Source: Bacteroidaceae bacterium
Lineage (GTDB): Bacteria; Bacteroidota; Bacteroidia; Bacteroidales; Bacteroidaceae
Direction of reading: 5' to 3'
Assembly (NCBI GenBank): GCA_017450985.1
Contig: JAFSSN010000057.1
Location: 1-39,780 of the forward strand
DNA: 39,780 nt
Positions 9,096 through 18,205 of the stretch are shown one piece after another. Position 1 is the first letter of the stretch; the number at the start of each line of letters is the position of its first letter. The notes under the pieces are model-generated. The model was given only the letters and a program-made list of their open reading frames with translations, did not search any database and was not told where the DNA came from. The position numbers and the translations under genes are program-made.

Positions 9096-9324
9096 TTCGC
9101 ATACGGCAACCATACGTTTATAAGAATGTTTCTTGTTTCGCAAATGCCCAACTTGTAAAATTATCAGATTATGAGTGTATGTAACACTAAAAACAAACGC
9201 ACATTTACCACATAACAATCGCAATAACACGGTCTTAATTTCCGTACGAAGCTTCAGTTTCCTCAACAAGACACGACGAAACTGAAGTTGACGGAAGTTG
9301 AGTTCGTCAATAATGCAACGAACC

Positions 9325-9445
9325 TTCTACGCACCTTCTACGGGTATTCTACGGATATCCTACGGATGTTCTACGGCTTTTCTACGGGTACAATCCGTAG
9401 AAATGCGGAGAAAAGCCGTAGAATATGCGGAGAGAATGCGGAGGA
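9325..9445. repeat. Dispersed iteron element, copy A
   Basis: Six direct TTCTACGG units spaced exactly 11 bp apart (9325-9390), then CCGTAGAA x2 interleaved with TGCGGAGA x3. Confidence 0.85.
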
Positions 9446-9808
9446 AACCTTAGTCAGTCACGGTGAGGTATCAGAAAAGAGTTATCTATTTTTTAAGTTT
9501 AAGAGTCACGATGACTATAGATTTGCATCTACAAATATAGTAATTTTTCACTTTCAAAACTAATGTAAGAATATTTTTTTCATCTGCCATGCAGTCTTTG
9601 AAGCCTTGACGGCATCCATATAAGTGAAGAGCCAGTCAAGTAAGGACGTGGCACTTCATTTAGGCTTAAGGCTGTTACTGGCAATTAGCTTCAGAGAGGC
9701 TCAAGTGTTTTGCTAAGCAGACGTATGCCACAAACACGCATAAGCGCAACGAGCTATGACGCCACACACGCCACGCCGTCATGTGTAACTTTTTAAAACA
9801 TAATCGAT

Positions 9809-10855
9809 ATGAAAAGACATTCTGCTATCAAGATAGCCTTTGCAGTTCTGCTATCAGCAAACACCTTAGAACTGTGCGCCCAACATCACTGGGCAATGGC
9901 AATAATGGAGAAAGGCATGGAAAGACCTGTCGTCATGCAATATCATGGCAATAAAGAAACGGCGGAAAACGGAATTGGGTATTATCGTATCTTTAACAAC
10001 GAATATGTGTTGTGTAATGATGATTACATTCCTGTCAAACTGCAATACGGCTACAGGTTGGCTGACAAGAAAATATTCGTCTATGACTTCAACAACAATG
10101 AGGAGACACTTGCTTTTGACTTCAACCTCTCGGCAGGCGACCAATTTACGACGTTCAACGGCATGGAATGGGAAGTCGAGGCTGTCAAGGACACACTTGT
10201 GAACATATATTATGATATGACTAAGGGAGCAGAATCGAAGAAACTGCTAAGCGTCAAATCACTTGACGGTCAACTGACGGATAAATGGTTGGAAGACTTC
10301 GGCTCGTTCACCTATCATTTCATGATTAACAGCATGGAGAACATCGTATGTGCTCAAACATTATGGATGGAATATAGTTTTGGCGACTATATTTCACGCG
10401 AAGTTCATGCAGATCCTATATACTCTCATGATTCCGGCTACCAAGAGGGAACTTATGACAATAACTATTCATCTGAATATACCAAATGTACTTACGAGAA
10501 CGGGCAAGTGGTATTTGAGAATGTTAAGTGGTGGTATCCACATCGTGAATATTCCTGCTTTTATAGAGAAGGAGACGACATTTACAGAGTGTACGATTGT
10601 GAAATGAATCCTATGGTAGATATACAAGTTTGCGATCTGGTCGAAGACGTTATTACGTTCAACGGATTGCCGGCTCCTGCAAGCGGAAAATATACCATAC
10701 ATTATGACAATAACAATTATGCAACGGGAATTGAAAACATTAGTAATATACCCGATTTGAACGGCGGCATGTATGACATGCAAGGACGACGCTTGCTGTC
10801 TCAACCGACCAAGGGGATTTACATTAAGGACGGAAAGAAACATTATGCTAAATGA
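9809..10855 (+). CDS. Secreted hypothetical protein with T9SS (Por) C-terminal sorting domain
   Basis: 348 aa. N-terminal signal peptide. The C-terminus GMYDMQGRRLLSQPTKGIYIKDGKKHYAK fits the T9SS type A CTD pattern. Confidence 0.75.
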   Translation: MKRHSAIKIAFAVLLSANTLELCAQHHWAMAIMEKGMERPVVMQYHGNKETAENGIGYYRIFNNEYVLCNDDYIPVKLQYGYRLADKKIFVYDFNNNEETLAFDFNLSAGDQFTTFNGMEWEVEAVKDTLVNIYYDMTKGAESKKLLSVKSLDGQLTDKWLEDFGSFTYHFMINSMENIVCAQTLWMEYSFGDYISREVHADPIYSHDSGYQEGTYDNNYSSEYTKCTYENGQVVFENVKWWYPHREYSCFYREGDDIYRVYDCEMNPMVDIQVCDLVEDVITFNGLPAPASGKYTIHYDNNNYATGIENISNIPDLNGGMYDMQGRRLLSQPTKGIYIKDGKKHYAK

Positions 10856-11113
10856 CATGAAGGAAAGGCTTGTGGGTATAGCTGATAAGACTGTCCGGTA
10901 ATGCAGATTCGGGGCAGACAGCATTCGTGCCTTGGTTTTAAAAACTATAGTTTGATAATCGCACGACAACTGCGACGTATAATAAGATGCAAACAACGAT
11001 GTGGGAGGAAGGGCATCGGAACGCACGTATTCAATCCCTTATGGATGCCAACTCTCTTTCTAAGGAAATCAATTTAAGCATTAGCATCAACTGCGCATCG
11101 GCACGGCTTCAAA

Positions 11114-11494
11114 TTGGAGAATGAGGACAACAGCATTACTACCATTCAATCTGCCGACGGACGATGTAAGGACGTAATGCGGTACAAAGTTCATTCGTCG
11201 AAAGAGACCGTTGGAAGATACCTCGACGGCAGCCTTCATTGTCGAACATTCTACCATCCAACAATAGGTAGTCATAATATAGCAACCTGCTACGACTGTC
11301 CATCATATCATTCTCCAAGCGGAACAGTTTATTCAAACATACACGATGAAACAGAAAGCACCAGTTATTATTCCATCTGTGGCATCAATATGCCTTATCC
11401 TACCAATGGCACATATATAAAATTTGTACGCTTCAAGAATGGGCATACCATTCGAAGCAAAGTTTGGAGTGGTTATGGTAAGACTGGGATATAA
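11114..11494 (+). other. Doubtful ORF, possibly a remnant of a T9SS-cargo gene
   Basis: 126 aa with no signal peptide. The C-terminal YYSICGINMPYPTNGTYIKFVRFKNGHTIRSKV loosely resembles a T9SS CTD. A terminator hairpin follows. Confidence 0.3.
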
Positions 11495-11501
11495 AAACAA
11501 A

Positions 11502-11527
11502 TCGTGCGGGCCATACAACCCGCACGA
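11502..11527. terminator. Bidirectional hairpin between the 11114 ORF and aqpZ
   Basis: 9-bp GC-rich stem tcgtgcggg / cccgcacga with an 8-nt loop, flanked by A-rich sequence on the left and T/A-rich sequence on the right. Confidence 0.55.
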
Positions 11528-11597
11528 TAATAAGCTAACAAGCTATAATATTATCCAAGACTTTTTAGAAATCATTTATTATAGACTTTGGAAATCA

Positions 11598-12272
11598 TCA
11601 ATTTTCTTCTGGCCCAACAAGTTTCCAGAGGCAAGCAGCGATGATGGCTCCGGCGAATGGTCCAACAATAAATACCCACAAGTCTGACAATGCCTGACCA
11701 CCCTCGAAAATAGCAGGAGCAATAGAACGAGCAGGATTGACAGAGGTACCTGTGTAATGTATTCCTACAAAATGGATGAGAATAAGTGAAAGGCCAATAG
11801 CAAGACCTGCAAAGTTTCCTGCACCCACCTTTGAATCAGTAGTGCCAAGAACGACAAACACAAAAAGTGCCGTGAGAACAATCTCCGCTATAAGCCCTGC
11901 AGCAACACCGTGAGCTCCACAACTGTTCGCACCAGTCAGTGTGCCACCTGCCAATGAAGCATCAGTACTTGTAAGAGCAAAAAGAATTGCCGATCCTATG
12001 AACGCTCCAATAACCTGGAACAACATATACATCATTGCATCCTTAGCATCGATGCGCTTCGTGAGCAGACATCCAAGAGTAATGGCTGGGTTGATGTGAC
12101 AACCGCTTGTACCACCAATAGTATATGCCATCGCAACCACTGCCAGACCAAACGCCATAGCAGTACCTACCACACTGGCAGTATCTGTTCCACAATTAAG
12201 ACTAACGGCTGTGCCGCAACCGAGAAGTACGAGAACCATTGTTCCCACCATTTCTGCTAAATACTTTTTCAT
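11598..12272 (-). CDS. aqpZ: Aquaporin Z (MIP family channel)
   Basis: 224 aa with both NPA motifs (HINPAITLG and SVNPARSIAP). Confidence 0.92.
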   Translation of the reverse strand: MKKYLAEMVGTMVLVLLGCGTAVSLNCGTDTASVVGTAMAFGLAVVAMAYTIGGTSGCHINPAITLGCLLTKRIDAKDAMMYMLFQVIGAFIGSAILFALTSTDASLAGGTLTGANSCGAHGVAAGLIAEIVLTALFVFVVLGTTDSKVGAGNFAGLAIGLSLILIHFVGIHYTGTSVNPARSIAPAIFEGGQALSDLWVFIVGPFAGAIIAACLWKLVGPEEN

Positions 12273-12644
12273 GATTTGTTTTGGTTATTAAAGGCATGTT
12301 CTAAACAAAATATTCCTTAAAGTTATCGTCGAGCACACTTCCACAGAAAGTTATCTTCGCAAGCCATGCAAACAAGCTTCTGCCTTCAACAATGCACATA
12401 CTGCATCAGAATAAACTCTCAAACAATCCAAAGACTATTATTAGAATCTGCCAAATTTGTTAAACATTGATTATAACTTAGGTTAAGACAATACCATAAA
12501 GGTATCATTTTCTCATCCTTCGTGGCAAATATAGTGATTAAATCTATATGGCAAGCAACAAACACGCATAAAAAATCACATTTCACAACATACACTCGTC
12601 TAAATGTCACAAATTGTAACCTGTGAAACGTCATTTCACACTTG

Positions 12645-13403
12645 TCACAAACCAAAAATATAGCCGACATTCACACTTATCTTATTTTGCCGAGTGTCAA
12701 AACCCTCTGTGAGCTTATGATTGTTCAAGCCATGCGAATACGTGAACCCTGCCTCAAAATGCTTAATCTGCAACCTCACCGTCAACTCTGACGACACATT
12801 CAATCGTTTTGGCCAAATGCCACCCCCATATCGCTGTGACTCATGCGCACCGTCTTGATGGTAATCACCCCAACTATCATAGTAGCCATCATCATCAGCA
12901 AACTCACCATACACAGCCAAATTAAGGCCAAAACCACCCGTAATTTTCAAATAACACACATCGCGTATTACAGGAACACAAAACATTGCATGAAACGGTA
13001 TGTACAGACTACTCTCCGTGAAATGGTCATACTGCATAGTATTCCTGACGTATGCACTCTGCGAATAATAATATTCATAATATAAACCAGAATGCAGGCC
13101 GAGGCCATGTGTAAACAAAAGATCATAGCCGATGCCCAATTGCGCACCATGTAATCTCCTGCCTTCCTCTCCCCAGAAGTTCTCATGCACAGTCTTCCAA
13201 TGCATATCCGTGACCCAGTCCTTATTCACATATCCAGCTACAAATGTGAAATTATGCTTACCAAGTATAATATCATAATCATCAGACTCGTCCGTATCAA
13301 GCATAATAGGCTGACCACCATTGTATGATACATCATCAGACTGCGCTGAAACATCAGCACAACGGCATAACATCATAAATATAACAAGACAAATATTTCT
13401 CAT
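12645..13403 (-). CDS. Outer-membrane beta-barrel protein (OMP_b-brl_2-like)
   Basis: The start is trimmed to MRNICLVIFMMLCRCADVSAQ (signal peptide). The sequence has alternating aromatic/Gly beta-strand character. The upstream 34 codons of the ORF track have no support. Confidence 0.65.
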   Translation of the reverse strand: MRNICLVIFMMLCRCADVSAQSDDVSYNGGQPIMLDTDESDDYDIILGKHNFTFVAGYVNKDWVTDMHWKTVHENFWGEEGRRLHGAQLGIGYDLLFTHGLGLHSGLYYEYYYSQSAYVRNTMQYDHFTESSLYIPFHAMFCVPVIRDVCYLKITGGFGLNLAVYGEFADDDGYYDSWGDYHQDGAHESQRYGGGIWPKRLNVSSELTVRLQIKHFEAGFTYSHGLNNHKLTEGFDTRQNKISVNVGYIFGL

Positions 13404-13612
13404 AACAAGGATTAATATATTTATTCGGTGCAAAAATACAAAAACATGGTCTAACACAAAAGAAACAAGCACTTTAATCCATACTTTTAGCAACTTTACA
13501 TACATTCTCTACCAACAACAAGTACTATTGTACCACAACACGCACCACATACCTGCTACAACATAATGTCCCTATCTCGGAAACTAAAAACCTTCCGTAA
13601 CATTTTACATCA

Positions 13613-13660
13613 GGGGCAAACAAAAGCAGAACCAATTTCCTAAAGGAAAATGAGTTCTGC
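13613..13660 (-). terminator. Terminator of the rnf operon
   Basis: On the minus strand: gcagaactcattttcc ttt aggaaattggttctgc, followed by ttttgtttg. Confidence 0.6.
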
Positions 13661-13709
13661 TAAAGTATATTCATCTGCGAAATGGTCGTCAGGCCAATTC
13701 ACATATAAA

Positions 13710-14321
13710 TTAAAGTCCGAATACAACCTTAAGATCGCCGTCCACACCGCTGAAGCCCATGAACGCCATAGCGAGAAGGCTGGCAGTAACAAGTGCAATA
13801 GGAGTACCCTCGAATGCCTTTGGAACACGACTCATTGCAAGCTGTTCACGAAGACCAGCAAAGAGAACCATTGCAAGAAGGAAACCGAGACCTGTGCCTA
13901 CAGCATAAATAACACCTTCGAGCAAGTCGTAGTTCTTCTGGATGACAAGGATTGCCACACCGAGAATACAGCAGTTTGTTGTGATAAGTGGGAGGAACAC
14001 TCCGAGTGCCTGATAGAGAGCAGGCATAGTCTTCTTAAGGAAAATCTCTATCATCTGCACAAGTGCAGCAATGACGAGGATGAAGGCTATTGTCTGCAGA
14101 TACTCAAGACCCAAAGCCTCAAGCACAAACTTCTGAATACAGAACGTTACGATAGTTGCCACGAGGAGCACCGCAGTAACCGCCATACCCATACCACTTG
14201 CAGTATCCACTTTCTTTGAAACTCCAAGGAAAGGACAGATACCAAGGAACTGAGCCAACACGACGTTATTAACGAAGATGGCAGTAATGATAATCAATAC
14301 AAGATTTAATACGTAGTCCAT
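13710..14321 (-). CDS. rnfA: Rnf electron-transport complex subunit A
   Basis: 203 aa polytopic membrane protein of the NqrE/RnfA family (FVNNVVLAQFLGICPFLGVS). It is the last gene of the operon. Confidence 0.92.
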   Translation of the reverse strand: MDYVLNLVLIIITAIFVNNVVLAQFLGICPFLGVSKKVDTASGMGMAVTAVLLVATIVTFCIQKFVLEALGLEYLQTIAFILVIAALVQMIEIFLKKTMPALYQALGVFLPLITTNCCILGVAILVIQKNYDLLEGVIYAVGTGLGFLLAMVLFAGLREQLAMSRVPKAFEGTPIALVTASLLAMAFMGFSGVDGDLKVVFGL

Positions 14322-14326
14322 AATTT

Positions 14327-14911
14327 CTATGCTTTCTTGAGTTTGTTAAATATTGCAATGAGGTAACCGAGAGCGAGGAACGCACCAGGTGCAAGCACGA
14401 AGAGAAGCATTCCGTAATTCTCAGAATAAACATTAAATCCAAAGATGCTGCCCGTACCAAGAATCTCACGTACAGAACCGAGGATTGTAAGACCGCAAGT
14501 GAAACCAAGACCAATACCAATACCGTCGAAGATAGAGGCAAGCGGATTGTTCTTTGCAGCAAATGACTCCGCACGACCAAGGATAATACAGTTTACCACG
14601 ATGAGCGGAATGAAGAGACCGAGGCTCTTGTCAATTTCTGGAGCATAAGCCTTGATACACATCTGCAACATTGTCACAAGGCTGGCAATGATGACAATGT
14701 AAGAAGGGATACGCACCATGTCTGGCACAAGCTTCTTTACAAGCGAAATGAGGAAGTTGCTCACGATGAGCACACACATTGTTGCAAGTCCCATCATCAT
14801 ACCGTTGAGGGCTGATGACGTTGTACCCAGTGTAGGACACATACCAAGGAGAAGGACAAAAGTAGGATTCTCCTTTACGATACCATTGATGATAATCTTG
14901 AAGTAATTCAT
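14327..14911 (-). CDS. rnfE: Rnf complex subunit E
   Basis: 194 aa, NqrD/RnfE family (ENPTFVLLLGMCPTLGTT). Confidence 0.92.
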   Translation of the reverse strand: MNYFKIIINGIVKENPTFVLLLGMCPTLGTTSSALNGMMMGLATMCVLIVSNFLISLVKKLVPDMVRIPSYIVIIASLVTMLQMCIKAYAPEIDKSLGLFIPLIVVNCIILGRAESFAAKNNPLASIFDGIGIGLGFTCGLTILGSVREILGTGSIFGFNVYSENYGMLLFVLAPGAFLALGYLIAIFNKLKKA

Positions 14912-14928
14912 AATCTTTTCCTTTCCTT

Positions 14929-15696
14929 TTATTTATTCATACCTTCACAGCACTTAGCCTCTAACTTATCGCACTTCTTATTGCAACCACCGTCCTTGCA
15001 AGCCTTCTTGCAGTCACCGCAGCCTTCGTGCTTGTCACACTCATTGCCGCAACAACCTTCCTTGCAGTCACCGCACTCCTCGTTCTTATCACAGTGCTTC
15101 TTCTGGGCAGATGCACTTGATGTTCCGTCCATCTGAGCAGCAATCACATTGTCGTAAGCATTCTTAACGGCAAGGAGGAATGCACGTGAAGTGATAGTAG
15201 AAGCCGTGATGGCATCAACATCACCACCGTCCTTTGACACGGTGAAGTTGCCCTTGCCAGGGTTCATACCAATTATGTCGCCCTTCTGGCCCTTCTGGAA
15301 CCAAGAATCAGCCTTAGCACCAAGTCCTGGAGTCTCTGAAGTCTGAAGAATAGTGTAACCGAGGATGTTACCCTCATTATCGAAACCGACGAGCACCTTG
15401 AGATCACCGCCGAAACCGTTTGTTGAACTTGTCACTGCACATCCGAGAGCATTGCCCTGGGCATCGCTCACCTTATAAGATGTGTAGCCTTCAATCTCAA
15501 CTGGCTCAGCCACCTGTACATCGTCAGAACCCATAACAGCCTTGATACCATCGGCAAGGTTCTTTGCATTAATCTTCTCAATCTGTGGCGCAGTAACGGA
15601 ATTGACCATAGCCAAAGCTCCGCCTGCAATAACAGCGATGACGGTAAGCACCGCCAGCATGTTTGTTAATGATGATTTAAGCTTTTCCATGTTCAA
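14929..15696 (-). CDS. rnfG: Rnf complex subunit G (FMN-binding) with Cys-rich C-terminal tail
   Basis: N-terminal TM anchor. FMN-attachment region DAITASTITSRA. An extra tail of about 60 aa carries 13 Cys. Confidence 0.9.
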   Translation of the reverse strand: MNMEKLKSSLTNMLAVLTVIAVIAGGALAMVNSVTAPQIEKINAKNLADGIKAVMGSDDVQVAEPVEIEGYTSYKVSDAQGNALGCAVTSSTNGFGGDLKVLVGFDNEGNILGYTILQTSETPGLGAKADSWFQKGQKGDIIGMNPGKGNFTVSKDGGDVDAITASTITSRAFLLAVKNAYDNVIAAQMDGTSSASAQKKHCDKNEECGDCKEGCCGNECDKHEGCGDCKKACKDGGCNKKCDKLEAKCCEGMNK

Positions 15697-16689
15697 TTAC
15701 TTTTTTGCAGGTACCTCGCCAAAACGCTTTGGCTTGCAGTACTGATTGATAATTGGCGTAAAGGCATTCATGATGAGAATGGCAAATGACATTCCCTCTG
15801 GATATGCACCGAATGTACGGATAATAACCGTCAACGCACCGATTGCCACACCATATACAAGCTGTCCCTTCTTTGACATTGGTGAAGTGACATAGTCAGT
15901 TGCCATGAAGATGGCACCGAGCATAAGACCACCACTAAGAATCTCAGCCACAGGGTTAGCAAATCTGATTGGGTCAACAAGGTTGAACAATCCTGAAAGT
16001 ACAAATACTGTAGCAATGATGCTTACAGGAATGTGCCATGTGATGACCTTCTTGACGAGAAGTATTACCAAACCGAGAATCATTGCGAGAGCGCAAACCT
16101 CTCCGAGACATCCGCCCGTATTGCCGATAAGCATATCCCATGCCGATGGCAACTGGCTGAGGGCTGTTGTGTCACCCTTGAAAGCCTGACTCATGAGAGC
16201 AAGAGGAGTAGCAGCAGTCTCAGCATCGAGATATGTGTTGAAACTCTGTCCTACAACCGGCCATGTAGTCATCTGTACAGGGAAAGAGATGAGGAGGAAA
16301 GCACGTGCGGCCAAGGCTGGATTGAAAAGGTTGCATCCAAGACCGCCGAAAGTCATCTTAACTACACCGATGGCGAAGAAAGCACCTATAACCACAATCC
16401 AAGGAGCAATGTTGCTTGGCATGTTGAATGCGAGAAGCACACCGGTGAGAACGGCTGAGCCGTCACATATTGTACACTTATCGCTCTTCATGATGAACTT
16501 AGTGATAGCCCACTCGAAGAACACACATGATACTACGCTAATAGCAGTAGTAATAATGGCGCCAACACCGAAACCGATGAACGAGCAGATAAGAGCAGGC
16601 ACAAGGGCAGCAAGTACCCAGTACATGTTCTTTGCTACAGAATCACCAGAGTGTACATGTGGTGAAAGCGAAACGACTAATTTATTCAT
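15697..16689 (-). CDS. rnfD: Rnf complex subunit D
   Basis: 330 aa polytopic protein of the NqrB/RnfD family. FMATDYVTSP carries the FMN-binding Thr motif. It abuts the rnfG start. Confidence 0.92.
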   Translation of the reverse strand: MNKLVVSLSPHVHSGDSVAKNMYWVLAALVPALICSFIGFGVGAIITTAISVVSCVFFEWAITKFIMKSDKCTICDGSAVLTGVLLAFNMPSNIAPWIVVIGAFFAIGVVKMTFGGLGCNLFNPALAARAFLLISFPVQMTTWPVVGQSFNTYLDAETAATPLALMSQAFKGDTTALSQLPSAWDMLIGNTGGCLGEVCALAMILGLVILLVKKVITWHIPVSIIATVFVLSGLFNLVDPIRFANPVAEILSGGLMLGAIFMATDYVTSPMSKKGQLVYGVAIGALTVIIRTFGAYPEGMSFAILIMNAFTPIINQYCKPKRFGEVPAKK

Positions 16690-16841
16690 TGTTTTCTAAA
16701 TGAAGAATGAAGCATGACGTATGAAAGAATCAGCATTAACAGCAAGAACTCTCCCTATCATCTATCATTCAAGTTTATAACAATTAATATTACGAATGAC
16801 CATGAAGAACAACCATACGGTTGAATCTCCATTCTTCATTC

Positions 16842-18194
16842 TTATTTCTTAGCCGCCTGACGGCTACGAATAATTCCCATAACTGTTTGCTTACCCATGC
16901 GGATGTTATCGAGCAAAGGACGCTTTGAAGGACAAGTGAACTGACATGAGCCACACTCAATACAGCTGGTAATGTCCTCAGCCTCAACTTTGTCCCACAT
17001 CTTCATGCTGCTTGCAGTCGCAAGGAGGTAAGGCTCTAGACCCATAGGGCAGGCACTCACACACTTTGCACAGCGGATACATGGCTGTGGTTCTCCGCGA
17101 CGAGCTTCCTCATTGTTCATGATAAGCACACCTGACGAACCCTTGCAGATTGGCACCTCAATATTGACGAGTGCCTTACCCATCATAGGACCGCCACCGA
17201 TAACCTTACCAGTGTCGGCAGGAAGTCCGCCGCAGGCATCTATCAACTGGCTCATAGGAGTACCCATACGAGCAAGAAGGTTGCTTGGGTGAGCAAGGCT
17301 CTTACCCGTAACAGTCACGACACGCTCAAAGAGCGGCTTGTTCTTCATCACAGCCTCATAGACAGCGTATGCAGTACCTACGTTCTGAACGATAGCACCC
17401 ACATTAACCGGAATTGCAGGAGGTGCTGGCACCTGACGTGCCACTACTGCATCGATGAGCTGCTTCTCACCACCCTGCGGATACTTTGTCTTAAGAGGTA
17501 CAATCTCAATATCAGGATAGCCGGCAGCAGCCTTCTCCGTCATGAGCTTAATGGCATCAGGCTTATTCTCCTCAATACCGATGAATCCCTTGTTCACCTT
17601 GCCAGCCTTCATCAGGAGGTCAACACCCACGAGAATCTGGTCAGCCTTCTCAAGCATCAGACGATGGTCGGCTGTGAGGTAAGGCTCACACTCAACGGCA
17701 TTGATAATGACCCACTCAGGCTTTGCACCTGGAGGAGGAGTGAGCTTGACGTGTGTTGGGAAACATGCGCCACCCATACCAACGACACCTGCCGCCTTAA
17801 TCTTATTTACTATATCCTCAGGAGTAAGCTCTGGCTTATCCTTCAATGTCACGAGCTTCTCGCTACGGTCAATGGTCTCTTCCCACTCATCACCCTCAAC
17901 GGCAATGAACACAGCAGGCTTGGCATAACCACTGGCGTCGATGACAGTATCAATCTTCTGCACAGTACCACTGACACCTGAGAAGATTGGGGCTGAAACG
18001 AAACCGCCCGCCTCAGCAATCATGGTACCCACCTTAACCTTGTCGCCCTTCTGCACCACAGGCTTTGCTGGCGCACCGATGTGCTGACCCATCGGATACA
18101 CGGCAACCTTAGGGAGGTCTGCGACCTTTATTGGTTCAGCAGCAGACAACTTGTTCTCTGCTGGATGTACTCCACCTATTCTAAATGTCTTCAT
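16842..18194 (-). CDS. rnfC: Rnf complex subunit C
   Basis: 450 aa. GMGGACFPTHVK, plus two 4Fe-4S motifs CIRCAKCVSACP and CIECGSCQFTCP. Confidence 0.93.
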   Translation of the reverse strand: MKTFRIGGVHPAENKLSAAEPIKVADLPKVAVYPMGQHIGAPAKPVVQKGDKVKVGTMIAEAGGFVSAPIFSGVSGTVQKIDTVIDASGYAKPAVFIAVEGDEWEETIDRSEKLVTLKDKPELTPEDIVNKIKAAGVVGMGGACFPTHVKLTPPPGAKPEWVIINAVECEPYLTADHRLMLEKADQILVGVDLLMKAGKVNKGFIGIEENKPDAIKLMTEKAAAGYPDIEIVPLKTKYPQGGEKQLIDAVVARQVPAPPAIPVNVGAIVQNVGTAYAVYEAVMKNKPLFERVVTVTGKSLAHPSNLLARMGTPMSQLIDACGGLPADTGKVIGGGPMMGKALVNIEVPICKGSSGVLIMNNEEARRGEPQPCIRCAKCVSACPMGLEPYLLATASSMKMWDKVEAEDITSCIECGSCQFTCPSKRPLLDNIRMGKQTVMGIIRSRQAAKK

Positions 18195-18205
18195 TCTCTA
18201 ATTAC

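Noticed and set aside
9288-9563. ORFs drawn across the iteron elements (9288-9563 +, 20952-21185 +, 33393-33578 -) as possible small proteins
   Set aside because: Their reading frames are a by-product of the 11-bp repeat, giving the peptide repeats FYG/STD/LR. The three loci are read in different frames or strands, and there are no signal or start contexts. The nucleotide sequence is conserved, not the peptide sequence.
10903-10931. Short similarity between 10903-10931 and 33763-33792 (shared 12-mer agattcggggca plus partial flanks) as another dispersed element
   Set aside because: Exact 12-mers are expected dozens of times by chance in a 40-kb window, and the flanking similarity is weak. 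That is not enough to call a repeat family without a genome-wide search.
12560-12650. Short tcac(a)tttcaca / tgtcacaaa repeats upstream of aqpZ as a regulator site
   Set aside because: There are only two or three imperfect short matches in AT-rich DNA, which cannot be distinguished from chance by eye.
13650-14219. Long antisense ORFs inside the rnf operon (13650-14219 +, 16193-16699 +, 17289-17981 +, 19494-19970 +) and other shadow ORFs opposite confirmed genes
   Set aside because: They lie opposite strongly recognisable conserved genes and have skewed, low-complexity or Arg/Ser/His-rich composition. They are typical frame shadows.
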